The position numbers were made by a program, and so were the translations under genes. A stretch of DNA of 64,000 nucleotides from Patescibacteria group bacterium. Lineage in GTDB: Bacteria; Patescibacteriota; Patescibacteriia; UM-FILTER-42-10. Position 1 is the first letter of the stretch, and each line of letters opens with the position of its first letter. The stretch spans positions 1,547 through 65,546 of the forward strand of contig JAHJEX010000071.1 in assembly GCA_018825385.1 (NCBI GenBank). The letters run 5' to 3'. The notes below the pieces were generated by a model. It did no database searches. It was not told the origin of the DNA and was given only the letters and a program-made list of their open reading frames with translations. Below are positions 1 through 9,131 of the stretch, in pieces.

Positions 1-85
1 TGCCTCACTTAAAGAGCAAACAGGCCAAGGACTCACTGTATATTCAGCAGCAATTCTCTCCCAATTGTACTTTTTATATGACATT

Positions 86-672
86 CTAAGAGTATTTCTT
101 TATTAATAATTTTGCGGCATCTTTAAGAGTTTCTATGCGGTAGAATATGAACTTATTCTGTGTTGTGATGCCCCATTCTAAAATTATTTCTTTTTGCTTT
201 ATCCTTCTTTCTGCTTGTAATATTTTTTTTCTCTCGTCAGATGATAATAGTTTCTTTTTTCCAGATGAGCTGATAAGTTTTCCTTGCTCATAAAAATAGC
301 TGGCATCAACTTTTCCGTACCGCATCAAATCTACAATCGACCCGTTTGCCGATTCAATAACTGTCCGGTTTCTTTCGATTAAAACTGTACCACCCTTTTT
401 CCATTTCCAAGAAGGGTAAATTACAAACAATGCTTTCCCTTTGAGTTTTTTTGCAGTTCATTTATCTTCGCAGGAACCTGTCTTTTTGGCAGCCAATTAA
501 CATACAAATTTTTCCAGGGAGCGCCGACTACCTTCACAGTACGGATAGTCCAACCACAATAATCCCTAATATTATAATACTTATTCAAGTCTTTTGAGGA
601 TTTCACAAACTCCCACTCCGGGTGAGGAAGACCCGCTTTTTCTATTTTATTCAATCCTTGATAAATGTCCAT
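86..672 (-). pseudogene. Hypothetical ~196-aa protein split into ORFs 421..672 and 86..430 by a frameshift in an A7 run at about 424-430; weak resemblance to a minimal ATP-grasp/PPDK_N-like nucleotide-binding domain
   Basis: The two ORFs overlap by 10 nt in different frames. Removing one A from the A7 run joins ...KINELQKK-LKGKALFVIYPSWKWKKGGTVLIERNRTVIESANGSIVD. The N-terminal GLNKIEKAGLPHPEWEFV segment resembles the L..L...G.PVP.GF element of PEP/pyruvate-binding ATP-grasp domains. The resemblance is weak. Confidence 0.3.
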
Positions 673-674
673 AA

Positions 675-2165
675 CTATACTTTCTTAATTATTCCATTTC
701 CGGCATCTACTTCTATCATATCACCATCTTGAAAAACTTTAGTGGCATTTTTGTATGACACTATTGCCGGTACACCAAACTCCCTAGCAACCACAGCCGC
801 ATGGCATGTCAACCCCCCAACCTCAGTAACAAAAGCTGCCGCTCGTTTCATTGCCGGCAAATAATCAACTGTTGTAGCTTGAGCAATCATTATATCTCCA
901 TTCTTAACCTTGTCATTTTGTGTAGGATTCAAAATTATCTTTGCCTTACCCTTAACCATACCAATGTTTGCACACACTCCCTGATTTTCATCGTTACCTT
1001 GCAGATTCTCGGCAGTTTTTTCTAAATGTCTGAATATTCTACTGGCCTCATTCTTTGTAAAATTAATACGCTTAGTCATAGCTCGATTAAATCCCCAACC
1101 ACAAATATTGCCCTTATCTTTTAGCACCTGGATTGGGTCGATCGCTCCTTTTAGCGTTTCTATTATTTCATCTTCGAAGAGATTGCGTATTTGATTAATA
1201 GCTAAATATGTTCTCCTAGAAATCTCTTTGTAAATAGGTAATAAATGAAAACCAGCAAAAGATACTAAGTATTCTTCTTCATTTCTGGTATCTAATGCCA
1301 GGCCAAAATCAATAAATATTTGCAAATCTTTCTTTTGAATATGGTATTTGCCGACCAGTTCACTAACATCCCTATTCCTGATCTCTGAATAGTTTTTCAA
1401 AACATGATAACCTTGTTTAAGCTTGAGCAGATTTTGACTTAGCAAATCTCCTATTTGTTTTTGATAATATTCTGGACCCCAGGGAGTTCCATAAGTAAAA
1501 ACAGGCATCCAACCATACTGCTTAGCTAGTTTTTTGCTGGCTATATCTATAGATTGATTCTTTTCTTTTATCTTTATGACTTCACTCAAAACTGCCCGTT
1601 TTTCTTTTAGAGTAGTAGATATTTCTTCAGGCTTCGTCAGTTTGAATAATACATTATAGTATTCCTTTGAATTTCTCTGTATTTTCAGCTTCTTGACTAA
1701 AATATCTTCCATAATTGGTATCCAATAACCCTCAGCTGTCCAGCCGAACTGATCATAAATGGTCATTCTATGCATCCAATCACGATTTTTTTTATAGATC
1801 TTTATTAGCTGGATATTTGATATTTTTGATAAATCTTTTGGATTGATTTTTTGTATAGCTTGCTTAGCTTTCTTTTTTAATGGATAGAAAGTCTTTAATT
1901 TGCGCTCCAATCCTTTGTAATCTTTCTTATTGATTTTTTTGATGCAGGCATATAAATTATCAAAAAACTCCTGAGGGAAATACATATGCTGAGAATGGTC
2001 TTTGAAATTATGTAAAGCTAAACTACCTTTACTGACACCATAAAGTTTTTTAAAATATTTAGAAGAATCTTCACCGTGCCAAGTCTCACTATCAGATGGA
2101 GCTAGAGCCCATTGCCCCATCTTTCTCATTTTAATTTCTAAATAGTATTGGATTTCTTTTCTCAT
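675..2165 (-). CDS. PEP-utilising-enzyme mobile (phospho-His swivel) domain protein, paralog 1 of a tandem array; unknown ~400-aa N-domain
   Basis: The C-terminus GGLTCHAAVVAREFGVPAIV...DGDMIEVDAGNGIIKKV matches the PEP-enzyme phosphorylation-site signature G-G-x-T-x-H-[AST]-[ASV]-[IV]-V-[AS]-R. The N-domain shares the W-x-x-x-x-YG-x-P motif with neighbouring paralogs. The stop lies 3 nt from the next gene. Confidence 0.75.
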   Translation of the reverse strand: MRKEIQYYLEIKMRKMGQWALAPSDSETWHGEDSSKYFKKLYGVSKGSLALHNFKDHSQHMYFPQEFFDNLYACIKKINKKDYKGLERKLKTFYPLKKKAKQAIQKINPKDLSKISNIQLIKIYKKNRDWMHRMTIYDQFGWTAEGYWIPIMEDILVKKLKIQRNSKEYYNVLFKLTKPEEISTTLKEKRAVLSEVIKIKEKNQSIDIASKKLAKQYGWMPVFTYGTPWGPEYYQKQIGDLLSQNLLKLKQGYHVLKNYSEIRNRDVSELVGKYHIQKKDLQIFIDFGLALDTRNEEEYLVSFAGFHLLPIYKEISRRTYLAINQIRNLFEDEIIETLKGAIDPIQVLKDKGNICGWGFNRAMTKRINFTKNEASRIFRHLEKTAENLQGNDENQGVCANIGMVKGKAKIILNPTQNDKVKNGDIMIAQATTVDYLPAMKRAAAFVTEVGGLTCHAAVVAREFGVPAIVSYKNATKVFQDGDMIEVDAGNGIIKKV

Positions 2166-2167
2166 AT

Positions 2168-3703
2168 TTATAGCTTTGTCACTATTCCTTTATCAGCATC
2201 CACTTCCACCAGATCTCCATTTTGTAAATGCTTCGTTATACCTTCAATCCCAACTATACAGGGTGTATTCTTTTCACGGGATACAATAACCGCGTGATTA
2301 GTTAATCCTCCATATTCAGTAATAATGCCACTTGCCTTTCTTAAGACAGGAACAAAATATGCGCTTGGAGCTTGAGTAACAAGAATCTGACCCTTTTTAA
2401 TATTTTTGGCATCTTTGGGAGCAAAGGCAACTATCACACTTCCCTTGATTTTTCCTAAACAAGCTGCCTTTCCTTTAAAGCTTGTTTGTTTATGTTCAGA
2501 TTTGCCCTGCTCAACAATCCTAATTTGTTGCTTGACTTTCTGACCCACGCTTGTTTTAACTTCTCCATAATAGTAAGTATATGAACAAAACTGCAATCTT
2601 TGTTTGATCTTTGCTTTACTAATTTTTTTATTATTCCTTAGATGGTCAACAATTTCCTGGTCAAGTAGGAATTTAAACTCCTGATAAGTAATTCCTAGCC
2701 GATTAGCAATTTCCAAATAGAGTAGCTTCAATAGATGAGTAGTATAGCCCTGAAAAGCATTATCGATAATTCGAAGATATACTGCTCTTCTTATTCCCTT
2801 GATTAGTAAGCCCGTTTTGTAATCAGGTTTCAATTTCTTGATTGCGACTTTTGCTTTATTTATTGTCGCCTCGTTATAGTCGTCGCCCATACGCTTTGCC
2901 TGGATACGGAAAGGTTCATTTTGAATAACAAACTTTTGAATATCTTGCCAAAGGTCTTTTTTGCTAATTGACTCAGCGTTTACTACTTCAGTTAGATATC
3001 CATATTTTTTTTGATGTCGATCAATCAGCACTTCATATTTTGGATAGTCCTTAAGAATCTTAATTCCTTCTATTTTAGCTTCTTTCTTGAAGATAGTATC
3101 TTTCTTTAATAGCTGAATAATTTTCAAAAATGCGTTACGCTCTTTGAATATTGGCGTCTTCCTATGCGGAGTAATGAGCAACGAAGTAAGTGAGGATATT
3201 TTATCAACACTTTGATTTTTTATTTTCCTTTTTACATAAGACTCAATAATTGGACCGAGGTATCGTTCCAAATAGTAGTCATAATGATCCATGAAAGAAT
3301 TATATTCTAGATGAGATCTGGCCTCTAAAAAGAGAGACGCTAAGGAAAAATCTGAAATGCTCTTATAATCCTTTTTGATAATTCTTTTTATGGCCAATAA
3401 ATCTCTTTTTGTATTCTGTTCATATGGCTTAAGAGTCTCAAGAATAAAAGACGGCCTTTTGTGAAACAGACTAACCATTGTTTTCTCAAGTATGTCTTGG
3501 TCCTTCTGACATAAATAGGCATATACTGTACCCTTTTTGTAGAAACCAACAAATACCTGAGGGGCATATCCTATAGCTTTTTTCCATTCATTTTGATATC
3601 TTCTGGTGAAAAATGGTTGCTCATCAAAGAGTGGCCAATTGCCAGACCAAAACCAGATCCAATTTACTTTTCTCCATTCTTCACCTGATAATTTCTGAGT
3701 CAT
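2168..3703 (-). CDS. PEP-utilising-enzyme mobile-domain protein, paralog 2
   Basis: C-terminus GGLTNHAVIVSREKNTPCIVG...NGDLVEVDADKGIV. The N-domain is paralogous to neighbours. Gene spacing is tight. Confidence 0.75.
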   Translation of the reverse strand: MTQKLSGEEWRKVNWIWFWSGNWPLFDEQPFFTRRYQNEWKKAIGYAPQVFVGFYKKGTVYAYLCQKDQDILEKTMVSLFHKRPSFILETLKPYEQNTKRDLLAIKRIIKKDYKSISDFSLASLFLEARSHLEYNSFMDHYDYYLERYLGPIIESYVKRKIKNQSVDKISSLTSLLITPHRKTPIFKERNAFLKIIQLLKKDTIFKKEAKIEGIKILKDYPKYEVLIDRHQKKYGYLTEVVNAESISKKDLWQDIQKFVIQNEPFRIQAKRMGDDYNEATINKAKVAIKKLKPDYKTGLLIKGIRRAVYLRIIDNAFQGYTTHLLKLLYLEIANRLGITYQEFKFLLDQEIVDHLRNNKKISKAKIKQRLQFCSYTYYYGEVKTSVGQKVKQQIRIVEQGKSEHKQTSFKGKAACLGKIKGSVIVAFAPKDAKNIKKGQILVTQAPSAYFVPVLRKASGIITEYGGLTNHAVIVSREKNTPCIVGIEGITKHLQNGDLVEVDADKGIVTKL

Positions 3704-3705
3704 AA

Positions 3706-5154
3706 CTATACTTTCTTAATTATTCCATTTCCGGCATCTACTTCTATCATATCACCATCTTTTAGTAGTTTAGTGGCTATTTTTGTCCCAATAACGCATG
3801 GCACCTCGAGTTCTCTTGATACAATAGCAGCGTGACAGGTAATCCCTCCTGAATCTGTAATAATAGCTCCAGCCTTTTGCATAGCAGAAATAATTTGGGG
3901 ATTAGTAGAAGTTGATACTAAAATATCACCTTTTTTCATTTTCTTCATTTCTTCTGCCTCATCCACCCTCCTCACAATTCCTCTAACCTTCCCTGGAAAA
4001 GCGGTATTGCCCTCAATCATTTTGAGGTTTGGATTAACATATAGAGATTTTTTTATTTCCTGAGATAGTTTTATTACACTTTTTCCTGATAATACCCTGT
4101 ATTTAGTGCCTTTAAAAAAAACAACCGATTCTTTGATTCTTTCATTCATTAAATCCGGATCAATATTTTCTTTCAGTAGCGCATCCTTCATTTCATTTGG
4201 AGCAATCATAAAAGCCTGAATTTTAGATAAATGATTTCTTTTTGCTACTTCCCGAACAAAATCTTCCATCATTAAATGGGCCTTTTGATTCAAAAACTTT
4301 CGTTCGAACTTCCAGAAACCCAAAGTCCTTAAGGCATTAATTATCCTATTCTCCTTGGCGTTTAATTTGAGTTCCTGCTCTATTTTTCTTTGGTTATTCC
4401 TCAATATACCTGCTGATTTCATTTTTTCTTTAATCAGCTCACCAACTTTAATCTTTTGCTTCGGTAAAGGATTTAAACGATTTTCAATATCTGCTTTTTG
4501 CCAGGCCGGACCATTATAACCATAGCCGACCCAGGCATATTGCTTCAAATGATCCGCAATTTTTCTGTCAGTCAAATCCTTGTTTAGTTGCTTGCCCCGC
4601 AAATCAAGTAATGCCAACTCTTCCCTGAATGCCACTGTTTCCCTTGGTGAAGAAGATAAAACCCGGAAGTACTCACCGAGTTTTTCGTTGTTCTTGCCAA
4701 GTTTCTGTTTAATTATTTGCTCGACTCTATTGCTCAATAACGACTCTTCCATTTCCGCCACCGTCGCCATTGTACTATAAGTCATTAAACTAATAAATTT
4801 GTTCAGCCAGTCCTGCCAACGATTATACAACTCTCCACCACACAATGAAGATAAATCACCTGACAGTTTTTCAGCTGCCTTGAGCATAATTGGTATTTCT
4901 TTTATGTTGGTCGCTTCAATTTTTTTTAGCAGCGCCTCATCTTTTTCTAAACGATTTAGAATTTTTTTTCCAGGAGTGACTAGCCCCCCTTGTGTTGTTA
5001 TGTAACTATACTCATGTTCTTTGTACCAACAACCAATCACATTATTTTTTACTCCAACTTTTTTAGCAGCATACTGCGCACACCACCAATATAACGCGGT
5101 TGGATATAAATAAGCGTTCTTATCATGAGCTAATTCTAGCCACTTGTAGGCCAT
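3706..5154 (-). CDS. PEP-utilising-enzyme mobile-domain protein, paralog 3
   Basis: C-terminus GGITCHAAIVSRELEVPCVIG...DGDMIEVDAGNGIIKKV. The last 61 nt (3701..3761) are identical to 670..730 of paralog 1. The AWVGYGYNGPAW motif is in the N-domain. Confidence 0.75.
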   Translation of the reverse strand: MAYKWLELAHDKNAYLYPTALYWWCAQYAAKKVGVKNNVIGCWYKEHEYSYITTQGGLVTPGKKILNRLEKDEALLKKIEATNIKEIPIMLKAAEKLSGDLSSLCGGELYNRWQDWLNKFISLMTYSTMATVAEMEESLLSNRVEQIIKQKLGKNNEKLGEYFRVLSSSPRETVAFREELALLDLRGKQLNKDLTDRKIADHLKQYAWVGYGYNGPAWQKADIENRLNPLPKQKIKVGELIKEKMKSAGILRNNQRKIEQELKLNAKENRIINALRTLGFWKFERKFLNQKAHLMMEDFVREVAKRNHLSKIQAFMIAPNEMKDALLKENIDPDLMNERIKESVVFFKGTKYRVLSGKSVIKLSQEIKKSLYVNPNLKMIEGNTAFPGKVRGIVRRVDEAEEMKKMKKGDILVSTSTNPQIISAMQKAGAIITDSGGITCHAAIVSRELEVPCVIGTKIATKLLKDGDMIEVDAGNGIIKKV

Positions 5155-5155
5155 T

Positions 5156-6649
5156 TCAGATTTTTTTAATTATTCCTTCTAACATATCCATCTCCACTTT
5201 TTCTCCGTCTTTGAAAAAACGAGAAGCAAATTTAGTGCCAACTATGCAAGGGACTCCTAATTCCCTTGAAACAACAGCCGCATGGCAAGTCATACCACCA
5301 ATATCTGAAATAATTGCCTTAGCCTTTTTCATAACAGGCACAATATCAGGCGTAGTTGCAATTGAAACTAAAATTTCCTCTTGATTGAATTTAACCATTT
5401 CCTCCGGACCATTCACAATTTTTACTACTCCCCTTATTTTATCCCTCTTGTCAGCACATGCCACTTGTCCAGACAATTCTCTGCCATCATTACTAATTTC
5501 TTCTTTCTCGACATTATTTTCGACCCATTGTTTTGCTTCACTATTATATAAGAAGTTCTCCCCCTCTTCAGAGTCAAATAAAACACAATATTTCCATCTT
5601 CTGTTGAGAATATTTATATTCGGAAACTCGCCTGCATCCATGAAATGGTTCATTTCCCGCATTGTCATCATCCCGGCCTGTTTCATAGTTATTCCTTCTT
5701 TTGTGAGAAATGGTTTCATCAACTTATGAATAACATAGTTTGACAAAAACATCATAGGAGTACGAATAATTTTCACATAACTAATATTCTCTGCAACCCT
5801 AATAATTCTCATCTCACTATCTGATAGTTTCAGATGTTTTATAATGCCATCTCTTTGTTCCTTCTTCACCTGCGACTGCTTTTTCATTATTTGAATTTGT
5901 TCTAAAGGAGGAATATCGGAAGACAGCATAGTTATTAGAGAATCATAAGCTCCTGTAAGGCTATATTCAGGACCTGTATACCCATAAGTAACCCAAGCCC
6001 ATTTTGCAACATGTCGTTCAACTTTCCTTACTATTTTAAGGGGCAAATTATTCATTTCCAGTTCGTTACTATAAATTTCTTGAGCTATCTTTGCCAGATC
6101 TTCATGAACTTTTTGATCATATGTCTCTACATCAATAAATCCTAGAATAGAAAGATATTCATTTATTTGTCGTTTGTCTTCTATTTTAGATTTAATAAGT
6201 TTTTTTAAATCCTGGCTTGATCTCGCAGAACCTAATTCAATTATTGCCCCGGTGATACCATAAACACACAGTTCAAAATAAAGATTAAAGAAGACCTTTA
6301 TCACTTTTTTCCTCTTCAAATCATCTATTTTATGTTCCTCTAGATTTTTAAGGGTCTTTTTTGCAATATCATATATTTTCCCAACATATTTTTCTGAATT
6401 TTTTACTATACTCCGATCAAAACCCGGCTCGGTAATTAGTCTATTGTATACAAATTCACCCCAGTCATGCCATTCTTTCTTCAGAACCATAGCTCTAACT
6501 ATGCCTTCTGAAAATTCATATGCAATTCTTGGGATTCCTTTACCCACAAAAATCGCCAATTCTTTGGAGATAATTGCACGAACAATTGGGTTGAGACTCA
6601 AAATATCAACCCCGGGTTCCGAATTGAAGATAAAGTATCTTTTACTCAT
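5156..6649 (-). CDS. PEP-utilising-enzyme mobile-domain protein, paralog 4
   Basis: C-terminus GGMTCHAAVVSRELGVPCIVG...DGEKVEMDMLEGII. The N-domain has AKWAWVTYGYTGPEY. Confidence 0.75.
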   Translation of the reverse strand: MSKRYFIFNSEPGVDILSLNPIVRAIISKELAIFVGKGIPRIAYEFSEGIVRAMVLKKEWHDWGEFVYNRLITEPGFDRSIVKNSEKYVGKIYDIAKKTLKNLEEHKIDDLKRKKVIKVFFNLYFELCVYGITGAIIELGSARSSQDLKKLIKSKIEDKRQINEYLSILGFIDVETYDQKVHEDLAKIAQEIYSNELEMNNLPLKIVRKVERHVAKWAWVTYGYTGPEYSLTGAYDSLITMLSSDIPPLEQIQIMKKQSQVKKEQRDGIIKHLKLSDSEMRIIRVAENISYVKIIRTPMMFLSNYVIHKLMKPFLTKEGITMKQAGMMTMREMNHFMDAGEFPNINILNRRWKYCVLFDSEEGENFLYNSEAKQWVENNVEKEEISNDGRELSGQVACADKRDKIRGVVKIVNGPEEMVKFNQEEILVSIATTPDIVPVMKKAKAIISDIGGMTCHAAVVSRELGVPCIVGTKFASRFFKDGEKVEMDMLEGIIKKI

Positions 6650-8113
6650 AACTTTTTTATAAATCCTTTGTTGGCATCAACTTCTGCTAAATCACCATCT
6701 TTAAAAATTCGTGTAGCAATTTTTGTACCGATCAAGCAAGGTTTTTTTAGCTCTCGTGCAATAATAGCAGCGTGAGAAGTAATACCTTCTAAATCAGTCA
6801 CAATTGCAGCCGCCTGTTTCATGGCCGGTACGATCCCCGGGTTAGTCATATGAGAGATGAGAATATTACCCAGATGTATTTTACCAATTTCAGGAACAGT
6901 GTTAATAATTTTTACTCTTCCTCTTACCCTGCCACCATACGCCGCCTGGCCTTTAATAATTTCTGAAGATTCTTTTTGTAATTATTTGCTGATAGATTTT
7001 CAATTTCTTTCGGATTTTCTTTGCCTGTTTCCCAACATAAATGCTAGTTTCCTTACCTTGAGCAAAATGGATGCTATACTTTTGACGTTCGTTCGTTATG
7101 TTGGAATAATTTTTTCCCTCAAGTGCTTTTTTGAAATCTTCTGGTGCTAAAAAGCGTACTTGCTCTAAAGTTAAACCGGTTCTTCTACCAATCTCCCTAA
7201 ATATTCCTTCCATACAATAGTAACCATAAAACTGTGAATCCTTGCTGTAGAGCCGAATAAAAATTGAGTCCTGGACAATCTTGAAAATCTTTTTATGAGT
7301 GCGACCAATGTTATACTCTTTAAATAGCTTCTGTTGCTTTTTTACTATACCATGTAATTCATTACGCAGTTCATTTACTGTTTTAACTGCTCCTTTTCTT
7401 CGCATAACTTTGATTTCTTTTTTAAAATAGTCCAGAGATAATTTACTTCCTTGCAAACCATATTCAAGCCATTCATACTTTTTAGCATGCTTTGCAAGTG
7501 CTTTTTCTCTATTTATCTGATCATTTATCAAAGCTACTCTTGCTAGATCAAATTTCTCCCGAGTCCAATTACTTCTCCTTAGTGGCGTAATTAGGATTTG
7601 AAATGCTTCTTGAGGACTTGCAGTCAAATTCCTACTATGCCTCTGTTTAGATAAATAGTTATGTAGGTAATTCGTAACTAAATTGTCCGGTGTCTCGAGA
7701 AGCCACATAGGACCACGCGGTACATGCACATTTGCTTGTCCTATTTGAAATTTATCTACCCATGCTATCAATTGCTTATCTGATAGTTTTTCTGGATCTA
7801 GTTTCTTTACCTTATTATCAAAAACAAATAAATTATCAGCGTTTTGTTTATTAAGTTTATGAAGATCATCCCATGATTTCTGATCAGAAAAAAGTAGATC
7901 GAAATTGTGTTTATTAGTTCTTTCAAAATCATCTTTTGGAACAAATAAATTACAGGCAGAATTGATATATTCTGCCCAAGTATTTTCAACCCCAACCATT
8001 TTCCACAGTTTTGGCAATTTCGTAAGTCCCTCCCAAGTGATCACAACAAAAAGATAATTGGCATAATCTTCCTTTTCTAGCAAATACCATACTTTGTTAC
8101 AAGGAATTTTCAT
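6646..8113 (-). pseudogene. PEP-utilising-enzyme mobile-domain protein, paralog 5, split by a frameshift in an A5 run near 6940-6950 (ORFs 6953..8113 and 6646..6849)
   Basis: 6953..8113 encodes the paralog-type N-domain (EWLEYGLQGSKL). The frame of 6646..6849 extends upstream as ...EIIKGQAAYGGRVRGRVKIINTVPEIGKIHLGNILISHMTNPGIVPAMKQAAAIVTDLEGITSHAAIIARE, aligning with the G.A.PG.V.G.V+.I region of the other paralogs. Removing one A from acaaaaag restores a single reading frame. Confidence 0.65.
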
Positions 8114-8119
8114 ACATAC

Positions 8120-9010
8120 TTATTTCACAATCCTAATATCCCCTTTTCTTGTATCAAGCTCTACAACATCTCCGTCCTTCAAAACTTTCGTAGCAATTTT
8201 AGCGCTGATGATGCACGGCTTTTTCATTTCTCTGGCTACGATTGCGGCATGGGAAGTAAGTCCACCAGCATCTGTTACAAATGCTGCTGCTTTCTTCATA
8301 GCAGGAAGCAATGACGGAGTTGTAGCGACTGAGACCAGAATATCTCCCTTTTGTATTTTACTTATTTCAGAAGATTCGTTTACAATCCTCACTTTCCCCT
8401 TGGCATAACCGGTAGCAGCAACCATTCCGTGAATAACTAAAACTTGTTTAATTTTTTGCTTCACCTTTCTTGCATTCTTATTAACATATTCTTTGGCTTT
8501 TTTGCCTGTTAGAATTTCTTGCCTATCTTCACTTATTGCTATCCACACGCAATATCTTTCTCTTTCTCCCAACTTTTTTATATTGATTGCTTTTGATTTC
8601 TTCAGCCAATCAACTAATTCTGTTTTTGAACAATAGTACAATAGCTTTCTAGGAACGATTACTCGCTTTGACATCTCTGTCAATACCCTTTGCCATTGAG
8701 AACATACTCCAAATAGAGTTTCCATTCTCAAACCTTTCAAATATGTAAATAGCTGGGCAACATGGAACAGATATTTTTCTTGGTTGTTTAGATCAAGCTT
8801 TTTGAATAATAAATTCTGTTTGCCTATTAACGTACTAGAATAACCGATCATCTCAGCCAATTCCTCTTTTGCCATTTTTCTATTCTTGAGTAGCTCCTTT
8901 GCAGAAAGCACTAATTCTTCTTTCGTCATTCTGGGACCGAGTTGGCCAAAACTAACCCAGTTCCATCTGCGATAATAGTTGATGATATGTTTTAGTTTTC
9001 TTTCTGACAT
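8120..9010 (-). CDS. PEP-utilising-enzyme mobile-domain protein, paralog 6, short form (296 aa, lacks the first ~200 aa of the family N-domain)
   Basis: C-terminus GGLTSHAAIVAREMKKPCIIS...DGDVVELDTRKGDI. It begins at the family's W-x-W-x-x-G motif (RWNWVSFGQLGP). Confidence 0.7.
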   Translation of the reverse strand: MSERKLKHIINYYRRWNWVSFGQLGPRMTKEELVLSAKELLKNRKMAKEELAEMIGYSSTLIGKQNLLFKKLDLNNQEKYLFHVAQLFTYLKGLRMETLFGVCSQWQRVLTEMSKRVIVPRKLLYYCSKTELVDWLKKSKAINIKKLGERERYCVWIAISEDRQEILTGKKAKEYVNKNARKVKQKIKQVLVIHGMVAATGYAKGKVRIVNESSEISKIQKGDILVSVATTPSLLPAMKKAAAFVTDAGGLTSHAAIVAREMKKPCIISAKIATKVLKDGDVVELDTRKGDIRIVK

Positions 9011-9131
9011 TTTGCCAATTCAATAAACAAAAACAGCCTTTATTGCTGTTTCTATTATACCATTCCTAACCGATTTTAAAAGCTAAGGCAGCATTTCTGA
9101 GATTTTTATTTTATACTATATCAGATTTTGA

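Noticed and set aside
670-3761. Repeated 61-nt segment (670..730 and 3701..3761) considered as a possible CRISPR-like or IS repeat
   Set aside because: The copies are the identical coding 3-prime ends (DMIEVDAGNGIIKKV) of two paralogous genes. It is a signature of recent duplication or gene conversion, not a spacer-repeat array. No regular repeat-spacer periodicity exists anywhere in the window.
801-8408. Many 60-135-aa plus-strand ORFs (for example 801..1025, 4580..4780, 5385..5729, 6857..7150, 8094..8408) lying antisense inside the minus-strand paralog genes
   Set aside because: They are fully contained in longer, motif-bearing minus-strand genes, are low-complexity and show no recognisable motifs. 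They are typical antisense artefacts in AT-rich DNA.
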